Source of the DNA: a virus
Virus record (IMG/VR): IMGVR_UViG_3300008448_000004
Coordinates: 96,001 to 160,000 of that record
Length of the DNA stretch: 64,000 nt
Strand: one strand, 5' to 3'
In this document: piece by piece, positions 20,730 to 30,906 of the stretch
Layout of the letters: every line of letters starts with the position of its first letter
Numbering within the stretch: the stretch's first letter is position 1
Notes under the pieces: model-generated
What the model was told of the DNA's origin: nothing
Databases searched by the model: none
What the model saw: only the letters and a program-made list of their open reading frames with translations
Made by a program: the position numbers and the translations under genes

Positions 20730-23700
20730 TTAACCAGTCCAGTTTATAGAAGGTAGAGTATCTTTTTTTCCACTTGCTGCAATAACATCTAGTTCTGATA
20801 GCATATCCAGTAAATTGCTTTGAGGCATCGTATCTATCTTTCTGCTAGGGTCTTGTCCTGTACCGTGTGTTACAACACAAGGTTTAGGCGCTGTTCGTAA
20901 ACCTTTATCTGGGAATAATATATCATAGCCGGGATTAAATTTGAATCCAGGAGCTAAGATACCGTCCTTGATAAAGGTTAGTAGTAGATTAGCTAATGCT
21001 GATATTTGAACGCTTGTTAGAGATTGCCATAAGTTATGTCCTCGATAAACCGGATAAGAGAGATGACACTCATCGTAAGGTATGGCTCGCTCGCCGCTAT
21101 AATTTAATATTTGACCGCTAGAAGTACACAGCAAGGCAGGACCGTAAGATTCCATTTCAATTCCTATACTATTAGCATTCATACTAGGAGATGCACCCCA
21201 AGTCGGATCACCGTAGTGGTTAGATTTCCATTTTTTAAATCCTCTAAATCCAGCTATCTTTCCTGTTCGTCCGATAGTAAAATCAGCACTGGCAGGGTTT
21301 ACATCTACGGATCTATTCCAGGTGTTTTGATAGTGTGTTAGCGGATTGTCGTAACTCGATACCGTGTAGTGTATGGTTACATATTTAAAGATGCCGCTGG
21401 CATTACCTTTTGCTGCTCTGGTCCAAGTCTTTCCATCGGTAATAGATGCCATTTGGAAAGCAAAAGGTTGATTATTATAGTCTGATGCTTTTTCTTTACA
21501 GTTGAGTACGGCTTGAACTGGAACTCCTTGAGCAGCTGTTCTTAGAGGAAAAGTTTTCTTTACATCAGCCCATTTCTTAACACCGATTTTTCCACGTTCT
21601 GCTGCGGGAACATACTTATTAATATCCTCCAGGGTTGCAATTTTAAGAGCTTTGCCGGAACATTTAGCTGCTTTCTTTGTTGTACTGTAAGTCGGCGTAC
21701 CTACTACTTCTTGCTTTTCAGGTGGTTTGTAAGCTCCTTTCTTTATAGACTGGTTTAAGACAGATGCTGCTACCTTAACATTTTTAGGTAGATTAATCAT
21801 AGATCCCTTTATGGTAGTATTCCATGCGTTATTAGAAATATCATGTGTTATTCCGGATACAATAAATCCTACTTTAGGGAGTCCGTTAGTTTTGTACTTT
21901 GAAGGAAGTCTATCTCCTGGAATGCAAAATCCTTCATACAGCACCAGGTTACTTATTCCTGCCATAGTCAAGTTGATTGATATCGGCATAATACCGTTAG
22001 CACTTACTCCCATAGTCGCTCCTCCTGCTTCACCGGGGTTCGATTTAAGAAGAGTTGCAGCAGTAATGTAGTAGTTCTTAGCAGCGTCCAGATTTTGAAT
22101 TTTAACCTCTCTAGGAGCTGCTAAGGAGTTAGCAGAGTAGAATCGAAACATAAACTCATTAAAGCTTTGAGCTTCTTGTAGCACTCCAGCATTATCTACC
22201 GGTTGAACCGGCCCTGATTTTTGCTCGGTTTTTTGACCGGCATCAGTAGTTTTATTTTTCATAAGTCTGTCTACTACACCGGCATTAAACTCGGCAAAAG
22301 TAGAACCGTCTTTATTAAGGGTTGATACCTGATTGCCGGGGTCCATTGCTGTGATTGCAAGCATAGATCCTAGCTTGGTGCTAAATTCAGTATTAAGGGA
22401 GAAGCTCTTAGCAACCGAAGGTAGTCCTGTAACAGGTATTCCTTGGTATATACTCGACTCTTTACCTTTTGGGTTTGCATCTAATATCTGGTCGTCGTAT
22501 ATTGTAAGAGTATTGCTGTCGTCGTCATATCCTACTCTAAATTCATTAACATTACCTAAACTTTTTTGTACATCTGTTAGAATTTGCTCTAAAAAAGCTG
22601 CTAGAGTAACGTTAAAATTTCTATCACTATCTGTAAAATTTCTTATAACTCCTAGAAGGTAATCTACATTCAAATAGATCTCCATTATTCTTCCTTCGGT
22701 ATCACTTGCTTTATACTTGCAGTTTTTTAAAAAAGAAGAACCGAAAGGACTTCCCGTTGGTGAAAAGAGCTCTGCTGTGTTTACAGCTGTATTAGGTACA
22801 CTACCTGGGCTTACTTTGTTAATTGTGAAAAGCTTTCCGTAATCAGCATCTGATGCATCTAAGGGTACTATGCAGACTGTAGGATCGGCAGAAAACTGGT
22901 GATTAGTTCTATAACAGAGGTTATTGTTAGGATTAAAGTTTAAGTAGATTAAGGGTTTTTTCTGATTAGCGCTTTTGTTAAACTCGTAAATCATGGCCGA
23001 GTTATGTATGTAGGCTAATAGCAATCCTAGTTTGATATAGCAGTAGAGAGATTGAGAGGTGGTTGCTTCATCTCCGGTATCTCCAGATACTGAACTGAAA
23101 GGTACTAGTAGAACGCTATCTAATCCAGCAAGAGCGTTTCCGCCTGTTGATTTTCCTGTTAGTAAATATTCAGGGTCGTTTCCGTTTTGAAAAGCACTCA
23201 CTACCTCGGGTGCTGCTGTCGAACCACCAGACCATAGTCCTAACCCTGGTGCAAAGTAAGTAGTCGCAATATCCGGAATTGTTGTCTCCACAGGGGTGGG
23301 GTCAGCAGCCGTTAACGTAGTTGTTGCGATAGGTTCAGAAAGAGATCCGGTAGATCCAAATCTTAGTTTCATATCTACTAAGAATCCTTCTAGAGCAGAA
23401 GCCGGTGCAGATCTACCATCTAATAAAGCTTGGTATTGGGATACTGCATCAGCAGCCTCTCCGTTACCGGCTGAAGGAGCTCCTTCTCCGCCGCTATTTG
23501 ATCCGGCGTTTGCACTTGCTAGTAGTTGTTTTCCAATTTTTGAATCAGGGAAAGAAGATATGTTATTTATCTTCAAAGAATCTGTAACGCTACCTATACC
23601 TGTTAATTTTAAAGTACAGTCGTAACTACCATCCGGACCAACACTCCAGTTGAAGTTAGTTACTGTTCCTAACATACCGTCGTAGTTGCCGTCTGTCTTT

Positions 23701-24317
23701 CTTCTAATCTGGTAAATCTTTCTTAGAAGATCTTCTTTAGAAAGGTCTTCATCTTTAAAGACGTCCACCGTGATTGAATCATCTGCTGTATCGAAAGTGT
23801 CATTGTTCTTAATGTATGAACTATGTCCCCACTCTAATAAACAGGTAAATCCGGTTCTAAAAAATAAAGCATCTATAACATCTAACTGAGCTAGGTTATT
23901 GACTCTAAATTTAACATCAGCTACTTTAAGAGATCCTAGGGTACCTACTGTATTTATTGTTGCTGATGTGATGCCGGGCATAGGTCTGTATCCGAATTCA
24001 TCTAAAGCTTTTACTCCTATGTTGTAGGAAGCATCCCAAGATCTCAACCTAGATCCTCCACCAGCAGTCTCAATTGCTGTACCTCCAAACAGTACCCATT
24101 TTCTAGCAAGATTTACTCCACCTTCACCGAGACTTTTTACTAAGTCGCCACCAATAACGGATGCTAGAGAAGTAAGTTTGATCCAGCAGTTATTATCGGA
24201 TATAAATTCTATGTTTTTATTATCCCTAGCTTCGGTCTTAACTAGTTGTCTACTTCTAGCAAAGATCTGCCCTATAGCTTCGTTATTTATCGGAGAACCT
24301 ATTAAATTTTTTGCCAT
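20730..24317 (-). CDS. Baseplate hub-like protein with C-terminal N-acetylmuramoyl-L-alanine amidase domain
   Basis: Hub-like N-terminal region after a LysM gene; Amidase_2 motifs TIHYT, SADFTIG, SIGIEM, VTHG, KID. Confidence 0.75.
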   Translation of the reverse strand: MAKNLIGSPINNEAIGQIFARSRQLVKTEARDNKNIEFISDNNCWIKLTSLASVIGGDLVKSLGEGGVNLARKWVLFGGTAIETAGGGSRLRSWDASYNIGVKALDEFGYRPMPGITSATINTVGTLGSLKVADVKFRVNNLAQLDVIDALFFRTGFTCLLEWGHSSYIKNNDTFDTADDSITVDVFKDEDLSKEDLLRKIYQIRRKTDGNYDGMLGTVTNFNWSVGPDGSYDCTLKLTGIGSVTDSLKINNISSFPDSKIGKQLLASANAGSNSGGEGAPSAGNGEAADAVSQYQALLDGRSAPASALEGFLVDMKLRFGSTGSLSEPIATTTLTAADPTPVETTIPDIATTYFAPGLGLWSGGSTAAPEVVSAFQNGNDPEYLLTGKSTGGNALAGLDSVLLVPFSSVSGDTGDEATTSQSLYCYIKLGLLLAYIHNSAMIYEFNKSANQKKPLIYLNFNPNNNLCYRTNHQFSADPTVCIVPLDASDADYGKLFTINKVSPGSVPNTAVNTAELFSPTGSPFGSSFLKNCKYKASDTEGRIMEIYLNVDYLLGVIRNFTDSDRNFNVTLAAFLEQILTDVQKSLGNVNEFRVGYDDDSNTLTIYDDQILDANPKGKESSIYQGIPVTGLPSVAKSFSLNTEFSTKLGSMLAITAMDPGNQVSTLNKDGSTFAEFNAGVVDRLMKNKTTDAGQKTEQKSGPVQPVDNAGVLQEAQSFNEFMFRFYSANSLAAPREVKIQNLDAAKNYYITAATLLKSNPGEAGGATMGVSANGIMPISINLTMAGISNLVLYEGFCIPGDRLPSKYKTNGLPKVGFIVSGITHDISNNAWNTTIKGSMINLPKNVKVAASVLNQSIKKGAYKPPEKQEVVGTPTYSTTKKAAKCSGKALKIATLEDINKYVPAAERGKIGVKKWADVKKTFPLRTAAQGVPVQAVLNCKEKASDYNNQPFAFQMASITDGKTWTRAAKGNASGIFKYVTIHYTVSSYDNPLTHYQNTWNRSVDVNPASADFTIGRTGKIAGFRGFKKWKSNHYGDPTWGASPSMNANSIGIEMESYGPALLCTSSGQILNYSGERAIPYDECHLSYPVYRGHNLWQSLTSVQISALANLLLTFIKDGILAPGFKFNPGYDILFPDKGLRTAPKPCVVTHGTGQDPSRKIDTMPQSNLLDMLSELDVIAASGKKDTLPSINWTG

Positions 24318-24318
24318 A

Positions 24319-24621
24319 CTACTTTACGTTAAGCCTATTGTACTGTCTTAAGATAGCACTTACATCAACGGGTACTCTGAGCTGTATTCCCGGTTCTGGG
24401 AATAGAGTATCACAAGGTAGGTTGTTTGCTGTAGGTATAATCCACCATAGTGTCTTATCTCCGTAGTAGTTATGTGCTAGGAGATCGTACCTATCTTGTT
24501 GAGTTGATATAAGGTAAATATCGTTATTTGTTGGCGCAATATGCGGGTAGTAATTGGTTGTATAGAGCCTCTTACCTGAATCGCTTTTTACTACTTCTAT
24601 ATCTTGGTATCTGCGGTTCAT
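24319..24621 (-). CDS. LysM / gp53-like baseplate wedge protein
   Basis: DRYDLLAHNYYGDKTLWWIIPTANNL...PGIQLRVP. Confidence 0.85.
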   Translation of the reverse strand: MNRRYQDIEVVKSDSGKRLYTTNYYPHIAPTNNDIYLISTQQDRYDLLAHNYYGDKTLWWIIPTANNLPCDTLFPEPGIQLRVPVDVSAILRQYNRLNVK

Positions 24622-24625
24622 ACTT

Positions 24626-27340
24626 TTACGCTTTTAACTGTTGTTGGAAAGAAAGAGGTGTTATATTAGTAGCACTTGTACTACGGCGAGGTAAGAAGTC
24701 ATGTATAGGCGTAAACTGACAGCTAACATCTACTAGCTGAGGAGCTTCAAACATATCACCGTCTAGGTTAATTTCCCAAGGGTAACTGTCTGCAACTGTT
24801 ATATTCATACTAGTAAGAAATCCGGGTTGTTTATAAATATAATCACCTAGAGTCAATTTAACAACTGGGCTTCTCATAAATCCGCTAGATTGGTAATCTG
24901 GATATAGTTGTGATTGTAGGAAGTTCAACTTCTGATACATGGGTTTAAGTTCTTGCTTTGATTCTGCTGCAAGCTTAAAATTAAAAGAAAGAGTTCTTGA
25001 AAATCCATTGTATACGTAAAAGTTCTCACCTCTACCTACATATCTAAACGGTGATAATTCTGCAGTATTATTATCAGAGAAAGAAGTTAAATAGGCTCTA
25101 AAGAGGACAGGTATAACAGCTCCACTGTACATTAAGGCTTCAAATCTAAACTTAATAAGATCTGCAATAGATTTTTCCGGGTCATAGTCTTGCCCGACTG
25201 GTGCTGCTGTTACTTTATCAGATCGGCCAGGTCCTGCAATACCGATTCTACTCTGAAGATTGTTAGTAGTGTAATCTACAAGCTTGTAGCCTATTTTATC
25301 TGGAGAGAAAGAACCTGCTCCACCTGCTGCTCCTTCTATCGTACTTCTAAAATCAGTTAAGTTAGCATCAGTCCATTTTTTTCCAGATGCACCTAATACC
25401 GATTGTTTGTAGAGTAAGCTATAGTTAAAAGTTTTAGCCCCGTTATTAGAGTTGTTTGGGTCGCCTGGGTTAGCACTAGAGTTAAGGGTATCGGTTTTAT
25501 CTCCAGTATTTGTTTCTCTTTTTAGAATTACTTTATCACTAGGGCCGATTGGGTACTCATATATAACATTTGGATTAGAAGGATTAGTAGTTACCTTATC
25601 GTTTCCTTTTATAATTTGCTTATCGGAAAAATCAGCAGACTTGCCGATTAGTTTTCCTGCTAACACTGCTAACCTACTCTCGTTATTAACGTCTACGGTA
25701 TTGTTTGTTAAAGTTTGACCGTAAGGAACAGATCCGAAAAGACCTGCTTTAGCAACTGTTACAGTTTTGTCGACATACGCTGTTGTCTGTAAAAGTTCTT
25801 TTAATGTTTTATAGGTTCCGTTTTGATACAAAGGTATCGGCGGGTTTACGTCGTATAGCGGACTTGTATCAAAATCTGGATTTCTTTTTATAATGGTTTG
25901 GCCAATACCTCTCTTTGCTCCTGGACCTCCTTCATACTTTAGTAAGGTAAATCGATCTTCTGGAATAAAAAGGTTCTTATTAGCAGTTGTGGTTTGCTTA
26001 GTAAATATTTTAGCTTTTAAAAGAGCTACAAGTCTATTGTCTGTATCAGGTTTTGCTTTATTAGAAGTCTGAGTATATTTTACGTAGCCAGGAGCGTTAG
26101 CTTGTAGATCTTCTGGTTTGGTAATAAGAATATCCTGCAGTGTTGCATTTACTCCTTGAGCATTTGCGTAGAGAGATGTTGCAGGATTGGCTTTATATAG
26201 ATCAGAGTTATCTTGGTATCTCTGTATAGTAGTTGTTCCGAGACCTCTTTCAGAATTAGGGCCTCCCGGATACTGTATTAAGGTTGTTCTATCTTGAGGA
26301 ATGTACAGGTTCTTATTTGTTGTTGTTTCTGCACTATACATCTTAGAGCGGAGTAAAGCTACTAATCTGTTATCGGTATTAGGTCTTTCTAGATTCGACT
26401 GTTCTGTGTATTTGAGATAACCTGCTTTAGTTGACTTTAATCCTTCTTTTGTAAGTACGTATATATCCGCCAAAGTAGTAGTCTCTCCTTCTTGATTCTT
26501 ATAAAGAGAAGAAGCAGGATTTGTTCTCAGCAAATCTGAGTTATCAGCATATCTAGGGATGGTTGTTAATCCTATACCGTATACTGATCCAGGTCCGCCT
26601 GGGTATGAGAATAGTAGATTCTTGTTTGTTCTTGAAATACCTAGTCGCTGTAAATTTTCTAGATTAGAAGTACTAGATGTATCTGTTGCTCGAGTTGCTG
26701 GTAGTATTTTGGTATTTAAGAGAGTTACAAGTCTGTTATCTGCTCCTTGATTTGCTAAATTATAACTCTGTACGACTCTTTCGTAGGTTTGGGAAAAAGG
26801 GTTATAGGGCACAGTTCCATGTCTGTCTGCATGTATACCGCTACCTGCTAATCTTACTTGAGCTAAAGTGTTTAATCCACCGTTGTATACTCTTGTGTTT
26901 TCTATTAATCCAAAAAATCTAGCTGTTGTATTTCTTCCCGGGTTTAGGTTAGCTTGAGAGCCAACTTCCATTTTAGGATTAGTTAACTGTAATCCTATTT
27001 GCTTTGCTACAAAGGTATATCCTTTTGGAGAGGATTTTATAAATTTTTGAATCCTCTTAAAATCATATTCTGCAGCAGAAGGTACAATAAGTCCGTTACC
27101 GAGTCTTGTTAAACTACTACCTCTAACCGGGAAGTCTAAAGATGCTAAATTACCTGTATAGTATTGTCTAGTCTTTCCGTCTGCGTTTTCAGGGAAAGGC
27201 CATTGTATATACGGCTCATCACTACTTGCTCCAAATTGCTGGTCTCTTCCGTATTTTAAGCTCTTCTGTATAAAGTTACCGGTTCCTCCGTAGTAGTAGG
27301 GGAAGTTAGCGAGGTTATTTAATAAGTCGACTAATGGCAT
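24626..27340 (-). CDS. Baseplate tube-initiator-like protein with internal repeats
   Basis: C-terminal tube-fold motifs (LFRAYLTSFSD, YVGRGE, RTLSFNF, PVVKLTLGD, PWEI); follows the tape measure gene. Confidence 0.7.
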   Translation of the reverse strand: MPLVDLLNNLANFPYYYGGTGNFIQKSLKYGRDQQFGASSDEPYIQWPFPENADGKTRQYYTGNLASLDFPVRGSSLTRLGNGLIVPSAAEYDFKRIQKFIKSSPKGYTFVAKQIGLQLTNPKMEVGSQANLNPGRNTTARFFGLIENTRVYNGGLNTLAQVRLAGSGIHADRHGTVPYNPFSQTYERVVQSYNLANQGADNRLVTLLNTKILPATRATDTSSTSNLENLQRLGISRTNKNLLFSYPGGPGSVYGIGLTTIPRYADNSDLLRTNPASSLYKNQEGETTTLADIYVLTKEGLKSTKAGYLKYTEQSNLERPNTDNRLVALLRSKMYSAETTTNKNLYIPQDRTTLIQYPGGPNSERGLGTTTIQRYQDNSDLYKANPATSLYANAQGVNATLQDILITKPEDLQANAPGYVKYTQTSNKAKPDTDNRLVALLKAKIFTKQTTTANKNLFIPEDRFTLLKYEGGPGAKRGIGQTIIKRNPDFDTSPLYDVNPPIPLYQNGTYKTLKELLQTTAYVDKTVTVAKAGLFGSVPYGQTLTNNTVDVNNESRLAVLAGKLIGKSADFSDKQIIKGNDKVTTNPSNPNVIYEYPIGPSDKVILKRETNTGDKTDTLNSSANPGDPNNSNNGAKTFNYSLLYKQSVLGASGKKWTDANLTDFRSTIEGAAGGAGSFSPDKIGYKLVDYTTNNLQSRIGIAGPGRSDKVTAAPVGQDYDPEKSIADLIKFRFEALMYSGAVIPVLFRAYLTSFSDNNTAELSPFRYVGRGENFYVYNGFSRTLSFNFKLAAESKQELKPMYQKLNFLQSQLYPDYQSSGFMRSPVVKLTLGDYIYKQPGFLTSMNITVADSYPWEINLDGDMFEAPQLVDVSCQFTPIHDFLPRRSTSATNITPLSFQQQLKA
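25520..26740 (-). repeat. Four degenerate protein repeats of about 111-122 aa
   Basis: Units start DNRLVTLL (26740), DNRLVALL (26374), DNRLVALL (26041), ESRLAVL (25681); most carry a YPGGP/YEGGP-like motif. Confidence 0.85.
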
Positions 27341-27347
27341 TTTAATA

Positions 27348-30300
27348 TTATCTTATACGTGAGTTAGAATTTAAAACATTGCCGTAACTTGTAACGGTTG
27401 CTTTAGAAGTTGCATAGGCTAGTTTATCTGCATCCACTGTAAGTTGTTTATCTCTAATTGCAGTTAAAATAGCTGTATGCTCTTTTAGAACTTTAACCAT
27501 TTCAACAATAGTATCGCGAGTATCTTTTCCTAAGAATACTTCTCCTTGGTCTACTTTTGCTACACCTGTAGTAGTTACTACGCCTCCGGTTGCTAATTTA
27601 GGTTCCTGAAGAGGAGTAGCTTCCTTGGATGGACCGGTTTTTCCTGCAGCTTTTAATTCATCTCCGTACATACCCAGTACAGCATCACCGATAGGTTTTG
27701 CTCCTACAAAGTCTGCAACCAATCCTCCTAGCCACCTACCAGCAACATCTCCTGCCATTGCACCTAAGATAGTACCTACGCCTGGGATAGGTATGAGAGA
27801 TCCTAAAGCGCCTCCTCCGATTGAGCCTAACACACCTCCTAATCCTTGCATCACTCTCGCACCGACTGCTTGTGATAGTTCAGGCCCTTTTTTATCACCT
27901 GCTATCATCTCCTTAATGTCGTTATTTGCAAATACACCTTCTATTAAGGTGCTAACAATAGGTATCTTAACTAATTTTTTTAAGAAACCTCCTATATTTG
28001 TTTTTAACCATCCTCCTATAGCCCCTTTAGGGTTAGCTACAGCAGAAGCTGTTGATTTTATACTGCTCCATATTCTACTAAAGAATCCACCTCCGCCGGT
28101 TTTAGCAACATTAGAGGCAGCGGCAGCTGTTGTCTGAGTTGCGGGTGCAGCTGCTTTAGCTTGTTTTAGAGCTTCTGCAGATGTCATACCGGGGTTAGCT
28201 GCTTTTATTTGAGCGGCTGTTTTAACATTCGCTGATACCGGTTTAGCACCGGGGGTGGTTGCTGCTGCAGGTGCACTAGCTGTAGCGCCTGCGCTTGCTC
28301 CGCCACCTGCGGCTCCACTCATAGCATCTGCTACACCTCCGTATCCTAAAGCTCCTAACAGTGGTGCAGCCTTTCCACCTATCTTTCCTAAAAACTTACC
28401 AGTACCGGCAAGGAATCTACCGAACTTGCCCATTTTAGCAAGCTTTCTTCCCATCTTAAACTTACTACCGGGTTTAGAGCCGCCTAGCATATCTGCTACA
28501 CCTCCTTCACCTTCACCTCCTCCTGCTCCTGCACCACCAGCACCCAGATTAGTTACTTCACTAAAAGTTGGATTACTGCGAGATGAACCTCTGGTAAAGT
28601 ATTTTGCAATACCTGATAATCCTTTTAACCCTATTATGATTGCTCCTATTGAAGCAAACTTCTTAAGCACGTCTCCCAGGATTGGAATATCTCCAATCTT
28701 ACCTATAAACTGTCCTACACCTTTTACTGCTAATACTATACCTCTAGTTATATCTGATACAAATTTAAAACCGTCTGCTAAAAGTTCTACAAATTGTCCC
28801 ATCGGCCCTTCTACTATGGAGGCTATAACATCTTTCATTTTTTCCATAGCTTCGGCAAACCTGGTCTGAGTGTCAACTTGCATTTTTGATACCTCAAAGC
28901 TCTTACCTTGGGCGATACCTTGTTCTATTTGATCCGCTAATTGACCTTTTCCTTCTGCTCTTAGTTTCTTTATCTCATCTTTTTGTGCAGCACTTAACTT
29001 ATTTAACTGAGCTTGTTTCTGTAACGAATTGGCTAACTCATCAGCAGACATGCCCATTGACTCAGCAATTGCCTGTTGTTGAATCCTATTTAATTTTTGG
29101 AAGTTGTTAATACCGCCGACTTGCTTTAACATCTCTTCAGCCGCTTCTGCTGTTTTTCCTTCAAGAGCTAAACTTCTAGCTCTACTTAACTCTAAATCAC
29201 GGCCTGTTAAAACTTCTGCTTCCATTTCTGCTGCAATAGAACTCTCAAAGTCTAACAGCTTATCTGTCATATTCTTTGTTTGTTCTAGAGTTAGTCCTAG
29301 CTTTTGAGCCTGTACTACAGCTTTTGCAATTAGAGCAGGATCGTTTTTATAGAATGCAGCTAATTGCCCTTCTGTCTTAAGTACTTCTGCAAGTACTTTT
29401 TTATTGCTAAATAATCCTTTGTTTTGTTTTCCAACATTTTTTACAAGATCTTCCTGAGTAGTGTTGTACTGCATTGCGTACATCGAAAGCTTAGAAGCTT
29501 CTTCCCCGCTAAGTCCTAAGTTTCTTGTAAGTAGTATTTGTCCTTCTGTTAACTTCTCTCCAAAGATGGCTGATGTACCAAAAGCTTCGTTAAGCTGTTG
29601 TTGAGCGGCAAGGGTATTCTTTTTAGTCATATACTCCTTACCGCTATGTACTGCCATTTCTTCAGCATAGTGGTAGAGGTCTTTTGCTGCATCAGCAGAT
29701 AAACCATACTGTTTACCGATATCGGCTACCTCTTTGTTGAACTCCATACCTAGATGGACTAGCTTAGTTACAAGACCGACAGCTAGTCCCATAAGTACCA
29801 GAGGATCTTTAAGGGCTGAACCAATACCTTTAAACACACCTTTAAGCCCTGCCATTGCAGTGCTCCATATGTTACCATGCTCAGCAGCATGTTCCATACT
29901 CTCTTCTATATCCTCAAAATATTTTGTATCGATACCAAACTTACCTAGAGCACCAGTTATACCGTGTATTAACTTTCCGGTTAATCCTAACTTCTTTTGA
30001 ATTTCTTCTTCATGCTTTAAACGAGTCTGGCTAAGCTTTACCAGGTCATTTAAGTAGTTACCTTCTTCTTGCTTTAATTTTCCGTTCTCATCTAGAATTC
30101 CGTTAATCTCTATAAGCTGTGCTTTCTCCTGTTCTGTAAGTGCTCTAGATTTTGCTAGTTCTTGTAATTCTTTTCTCGTCGAACTTAAAACCGATGTCTG
30201 TATTTTTATTTTTTCTTGAAGGGATAATATATCTTTTCTGTTAAGTTTAGATATACCTTCTTGGTCGTATTTAAACTTATCGGCTATTCCTCCTAACGCT

Positions 30301-30602
30301 CTAAAAGATTTAGTTATCTCTTTACTCGCAGTGTCAACTCCGGTTATATCTTTAACTACATTCTTAAAGGTATCGCTTACTTCTGAAAATCCTCTTTTCA
30401 TCCTATCTACTCTATCTTCTAAACCGGCTAGCGTTTGGTCTAGAGCAGTAGTATCTCGTTTAAGAGCGTCTAAAGTTACGCTTTTAAACTCTATATTAAG
30501 TTCACGAGCTAACTCTTTTAACCTTAAAATCTTAGCTTCTATTTGAGCTAATGATTCAGGGCTGGGAGTTTGATCGCCTGTAGGATTTGTTGCATCTACC
30601 AT
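27348..30602 (-). CDS. Tape measure protein
   Basis: 1084 aa helical coiled-coil with Ala/Gly-rich and hydrophobic segments; downstream of the chaperone. Confidence 0.88.
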   Translation of the reverse strand: MVDATNPTGDQTPSPESLAQIEAKILRLKELARELNIEFKSVTLDALKRDTTALDQTLAGLEDRVDRMKRGFSEVSDTFKNVVKDITGVDTASKEITKSFRALGGIADKFKYDQEGISKLNRKDILSLQEKIKIQTSVLSSTRKELQELAKSRALTEQEKAQLIEINGILDENGKLKQEEGNYLNDLVKLSQTRLKHEEEIQKKLGLTGKLIHGITGALGKFGIDTKYFEDIEESMEHAAEHGNIWSTAMAGLKGVFKGIGSALKDPLVLMGLAVGLVTKLVHLGMEFNKEVADIGKQYGLSADAAKDLYHYAEEMAVHSGKEYMTKKNTLAAQQQLNEAFGTSAIFGEKLTEGQILLTRNLGLSGEEASKLSMYAMQYNTTQEDLVKNVGKQNKGLFSNKKVLAEVLKTEGQLAAFYKNDPALIAKAVVQAQKLGLTLEQTKNMTDKLLDFESSIAAEMEAEVLTGRDLELSRARSLALEGKTAEAAEEMLKQVGGINNFQKLNRIQQQAIAESMGMSADELANSLQKQAQLNKLSAAQKDEIKKLRAEGKGQLADQIEQGIAQGKSFEVSKMQVDTQTRFAEAMEKMKDVIASIVEGPMGQFVELLADGFKFVSDITRGIVLAVKGVGQFIGKIGDIPILGDVLKKFASIGAIIIGLKGLSGIAKYFTRGSSRSNPTFSEVTNLGAGGAGAGGGEGEGGVADMLGGSKPGSKFKMGRKLAKMGKFGRFLAGTGKFLGKIGGKAAPLLGALGYGGVADAMSGAAGGGASAGATASAPAAATTPGAKPVSANVKTAAQIKAANPGMTSAEALKQAKAAAPATQTTAAAASNVAKTGGGGFFSRIWSSIKSTASAVANPKGAIGGWLKTNIGGFLKKLVKIPIVSTLIEGVFANNDIKEMIAGDKKGPELSQAVGARVMQGLGGVLGSIGGGALGSLIPIPGVGTILGAMAGDVAGRWLGGLVADFVGAKPIGDAVLGMYGDELKAAGKTGPSKEATPLQEPKLATGGVVTTTGVAKVDQGEVFLGKDTRDTIVEMVKVLKEHTAILTAIRDKQLTVDADKLAYATSKATVTSYGNVLNSNSRIR

Positions 30603-30619
30603 AGTATCTCTAAATATAT

Positions 30620-30627
30620 TATAAATA
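30620..30627 (-). promoter_or_regulatory. Putative late motif TATTTATA
   Basis: 17 nt upstream of TMP ATG. Confidence 0.6.
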
Positions 30628-30635
30628 GGGAGTAC

Positions 30636-30906
30636 CTACTTTTTTGGAGCAGGTACTTTATAGGTAGGTTGTTTCTGAGCTATGTTTGGTTTGTAAATCT
30701 CTCTCTTATTATTAGTTGCGTCGTTTAGATCTTCTTCTCCTTTTTGCTTCTCGTACCAGTCTTTCATTTCATTAAAAGTGTATTTGCGAAGCCAAGTAGG
30801 CATTTCATATATATCTAACCAACTGTAACCTCCTTGTCCGTGAAATACTATTTCATGTATTTCTTTGAAAAGGTAGAGTCTATGCTCAGGACTTAGGCCA
30901 AAAAAA
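30636..30906 (-). CDS. gp51/GT-like tail chaperone extension reached by frameshift (no own start; not in ORF track)
   Basis: +1-frame ORF FFGLSPEHRLYLFKEIHEIVFHGQGGYSWLDIYEMPTWLRKYTF...; begins at a T7 run overlapping the end of the upstream gene. Confidence 0.75.

Noticed and set aside
27625-30546. Long plus-strand ORFs opposite the tape measure gene (e.g. 170 and 204 aa)
   Set aside because: Shadow frames of Gly/Ala-rich, GC-richer coding sequence; no motifs or promoter
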